Shown here: in pieces, positions 34,270 to 45,227 of the stretch
Layout of the letters: each line of letters begins with the position of its first letter
Position numbering within the stretch: position 1 is the first letter of the stretch
Origin: Klebsormidium nitens
Lineage: Eukaryota > Plantae > Klebsormidiophyceae
Length of the DNA stretch: 64,000 nt
Direction: 5' to 3'
Assembly (NCBI GenBank): GCA_000708835.1
Contig: DF237073.1
Location: 1 to 64,000, forward strand
Notes under the pieces: model-generated
Databases searched by the model: none
Told to the model about the DNA's origin: nothing
The model's input: the letters and a program-made list of their open reading frames with translations, nothing else
Program-made: the position numbers and the translations under genes

Positions 34270-36190
34270 ATGGCGGCAGAAGCAGATTTGCTTGAAAAGT
34301 CAGGGGAGGATGACATGGGAGGTCCGCTTTTCAAAGAGCTGCGGGATGCGGGGATAATGGAACCAGACACTTGTGGCTTGCTGCTCAATATCCTCAAGGC
34401 AGTAGATTCAAAAGATCCAGAGAAGAGGCTGATCGCAACCTTTCAGTTGACTCAATGCCTTACTTACGTGCAAGCAACGAAACAGAGTCAAGTCTACATG
34501 AACATGGCGGTCTTGGCGCTTTCGAGGGGGGTGGTCAAGGGTCTCGCTTCCGGCATGAGAGAAGCTGCAGCAGGAGATTGGGCGATTGTTTTGCCTGAGA
34601 AGGATGTCAACTTGATTTTGATGGGGAGAGCGAAAGTCATCGTCAACAAAGCTTCGAATTATACCAAGTGCCTAACTTTTCTGGCCGTAGATTCCCGCTG
34701 CGTAGCGCACATTCTGAGAGAGTTCCCGGATGTGGCAAAGATAGCCACAGCAATTTTTCTTGTCAGACCAGACAGACTGGGGAATCACACCAGCCAATTC
34801 CAGAAGCAAGCAAGGAGGGCGATCATAAGGTTACTCAACAGCATGATGCCGACCTCTCCCAGCTGCATGAAGAAAGTTGCAGAAGACACTGCTTTCTTGA
34901 AGGAAGTTGTGAAGCATGCGCGGAGCATGGAGAAACCTTTGAGCGAGATGATGCCGATGAATGCGCCGCTTCTTCGACAATCATAATCAATGCTTTACGA
35001 AGTGAAGCAGCTGACATGCAGGCTTTGAGAAGTGATCTGTACAAGGTTGCAGAAGACATACTGGGCGAATCTATGAGCAGTGATCATGTCGACCTGGGAA
35101 TCAAGCTCCTCTCTTTGACGTTGGAAAAAGATTGCTCGGAAACTTTGCCTTCAGAGTACCCGTCTCTTGGTTCATCCCTGCTTGCCTTGCTCTTTGCGGT
35201 CAACATTCCCAAAGAGACTCAGTTCTATGCTCACTTTGCGGAGAAGCGATTCTGGAGCCTCGATCTGCGGAGTCTTCCCAAGACTGCAGAGTATGAGGTC
35301 CTCTTCAACCTTTTCAAAGCTGACAAGAAAGCACTGAGCAGGGCAGTTCAAGTGAGCAAGATGTTCTCAAAACCGTCAAACGATTTGTTCAACATAGGGT
35401 GCGTCGAAACCCCAAAAGTGAGACGAAGGAGAGAGCAAGCTGGGGTCCTTGGTCTGGGGCCTCCGCCGGAACGGTTGCTGCCACTCCTGCGGTGTCGGAA
35501 ATGCTCACAACCTGGTTGTGAGAAGGTCGAAAGTGTGGCTGGCACGTTCCAGGTTTGTGGGAGGTGCAAGACTGCTGTCTACTGTAGCAAAGGTAAGGGA
35601 ACTTCCATCTTGGATACTCCAATCAGGATCGTGAAACTTGCCTTGATTGCTCATGTCCCAATTGCTTTTCAACCAAAGGTTCGTGCACCATGACGATGCC
35701 CTTGTTTTGTTTGTTGAATCGATCAGAGTTGACATGCTTCAAATCTGCATTCATCCGAGTTCTGGACTAGAAGATTCGATTCTGGCTGGAGATGCTCTAT
35801 CCGTGAATGAAGGCCTAGAAGGATGTTCTGTCGTAGAACAATCGAAGCACGACTTGTTTTCGTAGATTAACCTGTCCGGCCCTGGTGACAGCCTGGAGCA
35901 TTCAAGATCTGGTACGAAGGGCTACCACTGTATCAGCGCTTGATTCAGAAGGCAGGAGACTTCGCATTCTGATATCAGGAGAATAAGCAACCGAGTAGAA
36001 ACGGGTCCCACGTGAATGGGCTAGGACTTGTTTCGCTCAGGGGTCACACTGACCATAAGCATACTGTATATTCCAGTCACAAACGAAGCATGTCACCCTG
36101 TCTTATCGTTTCTGAGACTTGCTCTTCGCTGGACCTACAGATTGTCAGAAGCGGGCATGGAAAGAAGGGCATAAGGACTTGTGCCACTGA
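34270..36190 (+). CDS. Large MYND zinc-finger protein (apparent frameshift near 34940)
   Basis: Two overlapping long ORFs (34270-34986 and a -1-frame ORF continuing to the donor at 35592), plus a final exon at 36141-36190. MYND motif: KCSQPGC...FQVCGRCKTAVYCSK|DCQKRAWKEGHKDLCH*. Confidence 0.8.
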
Positions 36191-37399
36191 TTGTGGCGGC
36201 TGCTGATTCTCAGGTGAGCCTCGATTTTGCTGATGATTGCACTTTCGTTCTGATCTTATCCGTAGGGCCAAGCTTTAGATAAGCCTCTGCTGTCATCTGG
36301 TCGCCACCCGCCTTGACTGAAGTCGATCTCGCTTCTTGCTGGATTGCTCCAGCCTATGCCAGGTTGGTCTTCAAAGTAAAGTGAATCATTCTGGAAGGAT
36401 CTGTTCGGGGGTAACGAATTGTGCAATTCATATCACTACTAGTTCCTCTTACTCATCCACAGTGTTGCCACAGATCCTGCGCGCACTGCTCAATGCGAAC
36501 TCTTCATGGGATGCATATCCGCTGGACGACACCTATTGTTCTTATCCTCCTGTTTGTGCAGGACTTGGCAATACGTCCGACGAAGAGAAGTTCTTCATCG
36601 GGCCGGCAATATGTAGCCTTGAAGCTCCAAGCCGCGGATGTTCTGTCAAGTACGTAGTGCTAAGACCCCTTCAATCATGCACAAAGTGATGCATACCAGC
36701 TCTCCAAACGTACCCTGAACTTGATTCCTAAAATGAAATTCGCGCTTCCACTGTCTTTCTCTCATTCTCTTTTGTAAAGTTAGATATATTGACTCTCAGC
36801 TTCACAGCGTGGTTCGGCTGTTAAGATGTAAATGTTGAATTAAGCAATCTGCATGTCTCAGTGATTCGAGCTCAGCGCTTGCATGGCGGCCACATATACA
36901 GAACAAGAGCGTGCCGGTCAATCATCACAAGCTACCTATGGTGGGTACCGGCCGAGTCGATTCCGACTCCGGCCGCCACAAAATCGATTTAGCGCGTATC
37001 GAATATCGTCAGTGTTACCGGCGGTTCGCGTCACGGCTACTCAGGTTTATGTTACTCGGGCGGTACAAATACTCAGAGAATTTTGCCGGGCCGTAAGTAA
37101 GTGTGAGGAGATTCTTAAACAGTGTCAGGTTTTACACTTTGAGAGGAGCATCAAATTGGCACGCAAAGAAGAGCCATATGCAGGCTTATAAAAACCTCTG
37201 ACAAGCAGAAAAAAATGTTGGGAGAGCGTCATGAAGGCTCCTTCGAAGCTCCAACATCTTGTTATGTTGAGGACAAATCGGAAGAAGCACCATCGTGGCT
37301 GCAAATTGGCCGCCATTGCTTGCTTCTAAAAAGCGCCATTCCCTACACTCCCGTTTCCATCTTCTGCACTCTCCTTTCAAGTTAGGTACCGCGGTACTC

Positions 37400-37673
37400 T
37401 AGGGTGGTTCGAGTCGGAACTTCCGATCGAAACCATGATTTTCAAATTTCACGTACGGTCAGACTTGATCGGTACCGTACCGCCGGAAACTCCGGAAGTT
37501 TCTGACGATCGGAATGTCAGACAGATTCTAATTTATGAACTCGGACCGGATTCTCAAGTACCGGTCTGCACGGTCGTCAGTACCGCGTACAGTAATTGTC
37601 GCGACGCGACACACCGGTGATTCAAATTTGTGACCGGATCGTCGCGCGATCGAGACCGCCGATACCCACCATA
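37400..37673. mobile_element. Degenerate MITE-like element with imperfect TIRs
   Basis: The left end tagggtggttcgagtcggaacttccgatcg partly matches the reverse complement of the right end cgatcgagaccgccgatacccaccata. The interior has many gtaccg/cggtac motifs and no ORF. The left end resembles those of the elements at 690 and 44625. Confidence 0.5.
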
Positions 37674-38153
37674 GGTTGCTTGTGATAGAAGAATCTCGCG
37701 TGCCCTGGCACTTCGATCGGGCCGGACAGTGCAGTGGACTTTGCGCTGTCTCCACGGTCGGACACAGCTACGCGTTCGTACGGTACTAAAGTATGCATGA
37801 ACTAGTAGTAGCTTACATGTTCATATACACCGTGTATGAACATGCATGGCCACGCACCGATCATGATTGAGCTGGATTGTCGATCATATGCACTAATCAC
37901 GTTGTGAGTCAGCTAGTGGCTACTATCACGGAGGCCCACACACATGTTAAAATCCGCTTTGTGCCGGTGCTCACTGACCCATAAAGTAGCCTAGTCTCAG
38001 CTGCACGGTTACATACAAGCCTGAGAGTCCGTTGCATTAAGGATCAAGCGGGTTCGTGGATGAAGAATTGATTGTGGTATGTATCCACGGGGCAATGACC
38101 GACTATTGCTTTGGATGAGCTGAAAGAGCCTTTTGTCATGGTTCATTTCGAGG

Positions 38154-41100
38154 CTATCCGCCAGTTTTGGGGGGGTAGATCGACCAGAGAGCGATGGCTG
38201 CGTCTCTGCTTGCGGATGCCAGCAACTGGCCACCCGGGGAGAAGGCGACCGACGTAACCTGGCAGAGAAAAGCTGTGTCGTTTTGAGGAGCAGAACCGCA
38301 ATGATCTTACAGCTCTGCATGATCCCAACAGCTTTTGCTAACAATGAAGGTGACGAGACACTGGGCCTTGCACTGCATGTCAAATGCAGGGTATTCAACG
38401 TTGTGCACATCAAAACTTCGTTGGAACAAAGCCACGAAACAATGGACGGCCACTAAACCCCTAGGTAGGGCCCAGTAAACGCTCGTGAGGCGCATCGAAC
38501 AAACAAACAAAACAACCACTACCATTCACCTTTCTCCAGCGAGCCTCCTTTTCTTTGCACCAAAACCAGTCGCAAAGGGTGCAGGGTGCCTGTGCGATCC
38601 AGGTCGAATGCAAGTCGCTCACAGAATTCGAACGGCATTTACTGAAGCTTTGAGAAGCCCAGCAGTGTAAGCTCACCGCTGCTGAGTGGTAGCGAAGCAC
38701 CCCGAGGGGAGTGCGACGCTTGCAGTCGAAGATGCGAACCCTGCGAAGCACGTCACAGGTGGGCCGACGTCATTTGTTGTTGAAACGAAAGTAAACATCC
38801 ACTCCGCCGTAAAGCAGCTCCAATGTCGGAAACTGATTTTAACAACGGCTCGAACGGTCGAAGCGAACGCTGTCGAGAATTGAGATACTCAAAAGGCCCG
38901 CAAAGGAGATCAAACAGCTACTCTGAAGTAGTAGAAAGAGGAGTCAGCAGAAAGGACAGTCTCTCGATGGCAGTAAACAATTAGACAGCCCCTTTCTGAG
39001 GCCGGAACTGATCTGCGCACAACGTGAGTTCGGACTCAAAAAATGACCGGACGAATAGTAGCACTTTACGAACTCAATTGTTTAACCAAAAGCGAGGCGA
39101 CGGTCGAGGTACCTGTGGTCCCAGCCGGCGGTGGCGACGATCCGCTGGTCCTCTCTGAGTGCGATGTCGCCGATGCCGGGCCGCCCTAGGGGAAGTTCCT
39201 TGGCCACACAGCCCCGGCCCTGAAACAGAAGCCCTTTCGTTGAGGAAAGCTCCATATTACTTGGCATGCGATGTATGCAATCAGAACGCTGAAGCAAACA
39301 CTTTCGAGGGTCAAAACTTCGCAATAAAGTCTCGGGCCAGTCGCGCCTACTAGTTTTCAGGATAGCAGGTATCGCTTGAGGAAAAGGCTTCTGCTGAAAT
39401 CAGGTTTGCGCAAGCTGACGGAACGGTTCGTCTTCCTGGTGGGAAGAGCCGCGACGCCACCACAGATCATGGGGCGTGTAAGCAAACGGGCGCATGTAAG
39501 CAAACGGGCGCATGTAAGCCTTACATACGGACTAGCATAACATGCGCTGCCAAATCAGCAAGCGCGCTTTCTCAAAGCACTAAAACCGCCTTCAAAAGTG
39601 CAGAAACGTTTTTCGCGCATGCATCGCATTTGTGAGCAGCTTCGAACACACCGAATCCACGTTCGAGCGGCTGCCGTATTTCCAACCTTAAGTGCCTGAT
39701 CATTTGAAATTTGAGAAGCAACTGGCAACTTATCAAAAGCTACAGAAGCGGTACACCCCGCATGAACAACCCGGCTTTGATGGAGCCCTTTCTATCGGGC
39801 ACTCAATGGCGGCTCCTTTCATTCTGTAGCAGATTCTTGCTCTCATACCTCGGCATACCGTAGGTTGAAGAAGACGACTTTGTCATCAGCGGACCCCGAG
39901 ATGCCGCCACAGCCCGTTCGGTCCACCGCCAGGCTCAGCACTGCTCGCAAACGAGAGAAGGGAGAAGTTTCGGCTCCCACAACGTTGGGACTGACGACAG
40001 TTCCGACCCAAAAGCTACAAGGTAAATAAAGGCCACAAATTTGGTGCATGGTCTGATAAGTTCGTTGTCGACTATTCTCTCGCGGCGCTGGCAAAATCAG
40101 TAAGGTATGATTCGCCTCATCAAGCTTAGTAAGACCGGTGCGGACCGATTCAGACGCATTCGATGTTGGACAGGGAGCCTTCGTGTTCTGTACCATGGAC
40201 TTCAAATTACACAGTGTCTCCCGAATCCATTCAAAACCCTCTCCTTCCAACCAAAAATGCGTCTACGTCATCATCTCGCGATTCGACAAAACAAGCAAGA
40301 TGCAGTCAAAGAGACTCCGAAAGTTTTCAAATGACCATAAGTGCGTACAGTATCAGAAAAGCACTACTAAGCCAGAAATATCAAAATCTAGGCCTACCAG
40401 TTCTCAGTACTGTAATCTGATGATGGGACAGACAAATAAGGCGTACAGAACCCGTACCTGGCTCTGAGTGCAAGCGCTGCCGGATGCAGGGCACGGCGGG
40501 TGAGCGAAGGTCCCACGCCATCACGGTTCCGTCTTCGTACCTACACATGAGAAGCTTCAGGGTTAGGTTAAGCACCACCTTTAAGAGCTAAAAACAAAGC
40601 AAAGGTCGAGGAGAAGGTTCTTTGAGAGCGGACTGAGAACGGTAATCATCGCCACCTCGGCAAGCTGCCCTTACGGACCTCCTCGCAAAAGCGAGAGGAC
40701 ACACTGGGAAAAGTTAGTCCTTCGCACGTCAAGCAGGAAGAGACCTGCTTGAAACCTGAGGTCGCAACAGGCGCTGAGCAGCATTGCCGGTTGCGATCCA
40801 ACCCCAACTTAATTGCAAAGCCTTTCTGGCCTCAACCTTAACCCGAAACTTCTGCGAGGGGCTTCGGAACAGAGCGATACAGGCACTCTCACACTTCTGC
40901 ACGTCTCGTCCCACCCCGTCATGCTGTGGGCGGGCTCAAGAAGAAGCCGACAGGCAGCGCCGTCCCGAGGCGTCACGAAGCCACAGTCAGATGCATGGCC
41001 AAAGTATTTAAGAATTTTTTTCAGGCGACCGATCAGGGCTGTACGGAAGATTTTTGGCAATGAGCTCACCCACCGACGGCTACTGGGGAGGGCGCCGACT

Positions 41101-44100
41101 CGGGTTGGAGCAGGAGTTGGACGGACATGCACATACCTGCGAAGGAGAATCAACCGACTTAGGTGGTTTTGACCGGGGCTGATGGAGTCGGCCGTGGTGT
41201 CTAAAAGTACGGCGCTCTATCGGGATTTGCTTTGAACCTGATGCTGGTCAATCGTGCGCGCACTTCCCATCGAATTGTCCAGATTGAATGGACTAAGCGT
41301 GGGCCTTCGGTTGTGTTCGGAAAAAGGTATTTCACCGAGTTGCATTTGAAGCAATCTCCGGTTACGTCCGCAGTCAAACAAACGGCCACGTTGAGTTCCA
41401 TCGACAGGCTCGAAGCTTGCGGGGACCCTGGGTGATCCTTAAGAAGAGTTTTCGTGACTACATTCCGCGTGCCTCTTGCAAATGAAGCTCGGTTAATTGG
41501 AAGAGGCTGGTGGTCGGAAGAGACGCCAGCGCAACAATTGACCCTCGTTTTCAGCGCCAACTGAAGTTCGATCAATTGCTCGGAAACGCGGAATGCACGC
41601 GATTCTGAAGGGCCGCCTCTTCAGGTTCGAGTCGGCTTGAGATCTCCCACTTTTATTGTCGACGCCGGCCCAGACGCACTTGCATTGGAGTGAATGCTTC
41701 TTGATAAGAACACGCACTTCTTGTACGCTGACTCTCAGAACAGCCGAGGACGTTCGACAAGGGGGTGAGTCGGACGATCGTACCGGCAGAGGGCGTGTCC
41801 GTTTGAAGACCTCCCGCAGGGCCCTCACTCCTGGGCTGCTCGAGTCGTTGCTCCTGGTGGCCAGTGCGAAGGTCCCAGATCTCGATCTGTGACAACAGGT
41901 AACTCTGCGGTCAGCCTCGACGGTCACAGCAAGCGTTAGTTCAAGCTGCACCGTCTTCCAATGTCGCCCTTAAGAACCGGAGAGCATGATCGAGGTTACT
42001 GGTTCAAAGCGGACCGTGTCTATTTGCGCTTACTCTTCATGTTTGAGGACTGAAGCTCGACAGGAGTATATAGCAGGAGCTCCTCCATACCTAAATCTGA
42101 CCGTTCACAAGCTCGAGAATGGATCGACGCTTTTCCAGACACAAAGAAAGCACCAGCAAGTGGCCGCAACACAGAAGGCACGCGGATTGTCCGTACCGTT
42201 GACGGGTCCCCTCCCGCGACGGCCACTAGCTGCTGCGCCGCATCGGCCGCCACCGGATAGGCACCTGCATAAACGAACGCGGATTCGAAGCACGTCTCTA
42301 AGCGACCTGGGCAGAAAACATTTCTAGATCTTCCGCAAGGCTGGCAAAAGTGATAAGCTCTGACGATGAGTCCTGGGCAAGAAGTCAGCTGTGGTTGCGA
42401 GAACGCCTGACAATCTGTGCACCGGACTCCGTGAGGAGGAGCCTAGCATGTTGCCAGGCCAGAAGAAGCTGCTCCTCTTTTGTACCTGTCTCTAGAGCCC
42501 GCTCGCCGGTTCCCTCTTCCGTACTCCGAGCACCTGCCGCCGTGCTTCCCTGGCCGTCCGATTGCAGCCCTGCGGCGAGCCCCGAGCTCTGGCCTCCCAT
42601 CGCTGCAGAAAGCCCTCTCCTCTCGTGGGGGATCCCTCTGCTCGCTTCCCCTAAAGAATCCCGCGAATTACCACCACCCCCTTCTGCTTCATCTTCCCCT
42701 AGGGCATCATTGTCTCCTCTCAGCTGGCTTTCGTCTGTAGCGCTCTGTTTGCTCTCAAAGCTTTCCAGTTTCTGCAGCCGGCCCGCGTCCGATTCACAAC
42801 CTAACCCCCTCCCACTTGTCCCTGCTGCCTCTCGACTCTCCATAGATCTCTGCACATCCCTTGAGGGTTCCGCCTCAGAGGGCTGTAACGGACTCTCGGG
42901 AAAACGTGCTTCAATTGGTGACGGGAGGTGTTGAGCTTCGGCCAGGGAGAGCTTGCAGAAGTTGTAGGAGCCAGTCTCGATTACCAGCAGGGGTTGCCTG
43001 CGCCAGCAAGGGGCGTCAGATTTTGGACAGGGGGAGTGCCTCCAGCAAGCCTGGATCAAAACTCGACCAGTCCAAGCCGAAGGTATAGAGGCTCAATCGA
43101 GTGGCACATGACAGCAAGAGAAAATCCTGCAAGAGTCATCAGATGTTGGTTGAGAGACATTCCTAATTGCTACTGGCACTCAAGAAAAGCCTTATGAATG
43201 CCAAAAGTGCGTTCTGGTGAAAGGCCCACCTTGCAAGGGCAGCCTCCGAGACAGCCCATACTTTCACGACGCCGTCGCGGCCTTGACTGCGGAGACGACA
43301 TTAAAGAGCATTCAATCTAAAGAATCCTCGTGTCTTGAGAAAAGTCGAAAGACAAACATTACTGGTGTTTGGTTGGGGTGCCTTTGGATTCTCTCAGTTC
43401 CGGAGCAGCTTGAGGCCACAGGTTGAATAAAACTTACCAAGCATGCGGCCATCTTCTGACAACATTCCTTGGGGCGATAGATTGTTTGTCGCACCTACCT
43501 GACAAACTTGGAGGGGTTGAGCCTGCTTGCAGCTAACCCGATGACACCAGCGCTGGCTGTGTGGGCCCTGTAGAGAGGAGATTCTTGTCCTGCTCGTTTT
43601 TTAGAGAGTCTGATTAAGAGAGTGGTTTCTACCAGGGCATTCCCAAGTCTTCTGAAGAGGAAGAGACTCACTCAAGAGTTGGAAACGAAGCCCCAAGGCC
43701 CATGTGTAGCTCAGGCAGCAAATCTTGACATGCCAGACTTTTGTACTGCTAGAGTTGCTATCAAGCTGCTGTTCAGTGGTCTCCTGCATGACTCTCAGAG
43801 TAGATATCCTCCCGCTTGGCAAGTCCTGTCACAGCAGCAGGTTCAAAGAAATCATGGTCCATGAACTCGTCATGAGCAGAACATCCTTGCCTTCAACACA
43901 CCCATCGTGCTGTCCTTGAAAGGCGTCAGAGGAGGATTTGGGGTAGCGGACTCATTCACTCCAAGCCCTCAATAGGAATGACCTTTCAGGAACCGGGGCT
44001 CACCTGACAGATGACACGGCTCTGCGCACGCCCAGGTCCCACACTTTCACTTCCCCATCAGCATCTCTGCAGCATCGTCAGGGAAGAGGAGCCTCAGTGA

Positions 44101-44502
44101 TCAGGACGGACATACAAAGAACGAAAAGGGGGGGGCCACTCTGGGAAAAGGGCATATATCAGAACGAAGATTGATGAATGGCTGTTCCACAGTGCTTGCT
44201 ACGGAAGGACATCCACCACATGTTTTGAGTAAAATGTCCAGCTGCGCGCCCAATTGAACTGTGGTGGTGGTGCATGAGGAGAACGTCAAAGCTGACGACC
44301 GATGCACTGATCATTGTGTCCAAAATGGTGTTGCTCATAATGTGGTCGCACCCCTTTACGCAGGTGTGTTGCATTCGTACCCTGAGAGCAGAAGGTTCGA
44401 CTGAGCAGCAAATGCCACAGCCGTGACGTCTGTGCGGTGGCCCCGCAGAACATGGACTGGATCAGGAGCTCGGGGGGTTCGTTGACCGCTTGTGACCGCC
44501 AT
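38154..44502 (-). CDS. DSE1: WD40 protein of the DSE1/GNB1L/ASA1 family
   Basis: The spliced product reads MAVTSGQRTPRAPDPVHVLRGHRTDVTAVAF...SGDADGEVKVWDL...AHTASAGVIGLAAS...FVSQGRDGVVKVW...QPLLVIETGSYNFCKLSL...VAVAGGDPSTIEIWDLRTG...GMCMSVQL...GYEDGTVMAWDLRSP...HSEPVLSLAVD...GISGSADDKVVFF...RPGIGDIALREDQRIVATAGWDHRVRIFD...[40 protein letters not shown]. The last exon is 38258-38154. Confidence 0.92.
39478..39519. repeat. Short tandem repeat, 18-bp unit x about 2.3 (intronic)
   Basis: gtaagcaaacgggcgcat occurs twice, followed by gtaagc, inside a DSE1 intron. Confidence 0.8.
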
Positions 44503-44624
44503 CTACTTCATTCATGAACAGGAACCAGGACTCGTGAAAGAAAGAAAGGCAGCTTAAATTGGGCTTACAAGTGAGCGCATTGCCGCAACACTGCTGCCAT
44601 TTGAAGTTGTGTGCACTGTCAGTG

Positions 44625-44924
44625 TAGGGCGGGTCGAACTTAATTCCCGGGTTCCGGTCCTACCCCCTTTTGGGTGGGTCGGTCGGTCGGGAAAAATTAA
44701 TAGTTGGTTTTTTGCTAGTAGGTTTAAAATATGAAATAATATGGGGTATTTTTGGGGGGAAAACCTCGTTTCTTGGCCCAGATCTTATAGACTCTCAATA
44801 TTTTCAACCCAAAATCGGAAAATCTGGGACAAAATATCCACTATATTTATTATTTTTTTCCAAAGTCCTTCGGATTTTGGGTCGGTCCCGGACCGGAAAC
44901 CGGGATTTAACTTCGAGTCGCCTA
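44625..44924. mobile_element. MITE-like element, about 300 bp, with imperfect TIRs of about 35 bp and an AT-rich interior
   Basis: Left end tagggcgggtcgaacttaattcccgggttccggtcc; reverse complement of the right end taggcgactcgaagttaaatcccggtttccggtcc. The interior is markedly AT-rich. It lies between the divergent DSE1 and MYND start codons. Confidence 0.8.
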
Positions 44925-45227
44925 ACTTTAACTTTAAGCTTGATGGCGTAGAAAGGCGTCTTGAAAAGTTCCTCTTCGCTAGCCGGCGCAGATAAGTCTG
45001 ATAACCCGAAGTCACCACTTGAATGTAAGGCTGTGGGGTCAAATTTTAGAGCTTTGGGGTTTTATTAATCTTGCTTGGGTTCAAGGGTTTCCTTGCTTGG
45101 CCACATTGACTGAGAAGCTGGGCAGACGTCCTGCGCAGGCTGCAGCATTGCTTATTGCAGCTGATTTACTATTATAGTAGGAGAGAGGGGCGGGTAAGAG
45201 ACCTGTGCGAGGCCTTTCAGAGACGCA

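Noticed and set aside
37405-37416. B-box-like GGTTCGAGTC suggesting a tRNA or SINE
   Set aside because: No A-box or cloverleaf is present; the motif is part of the TIR of the element.
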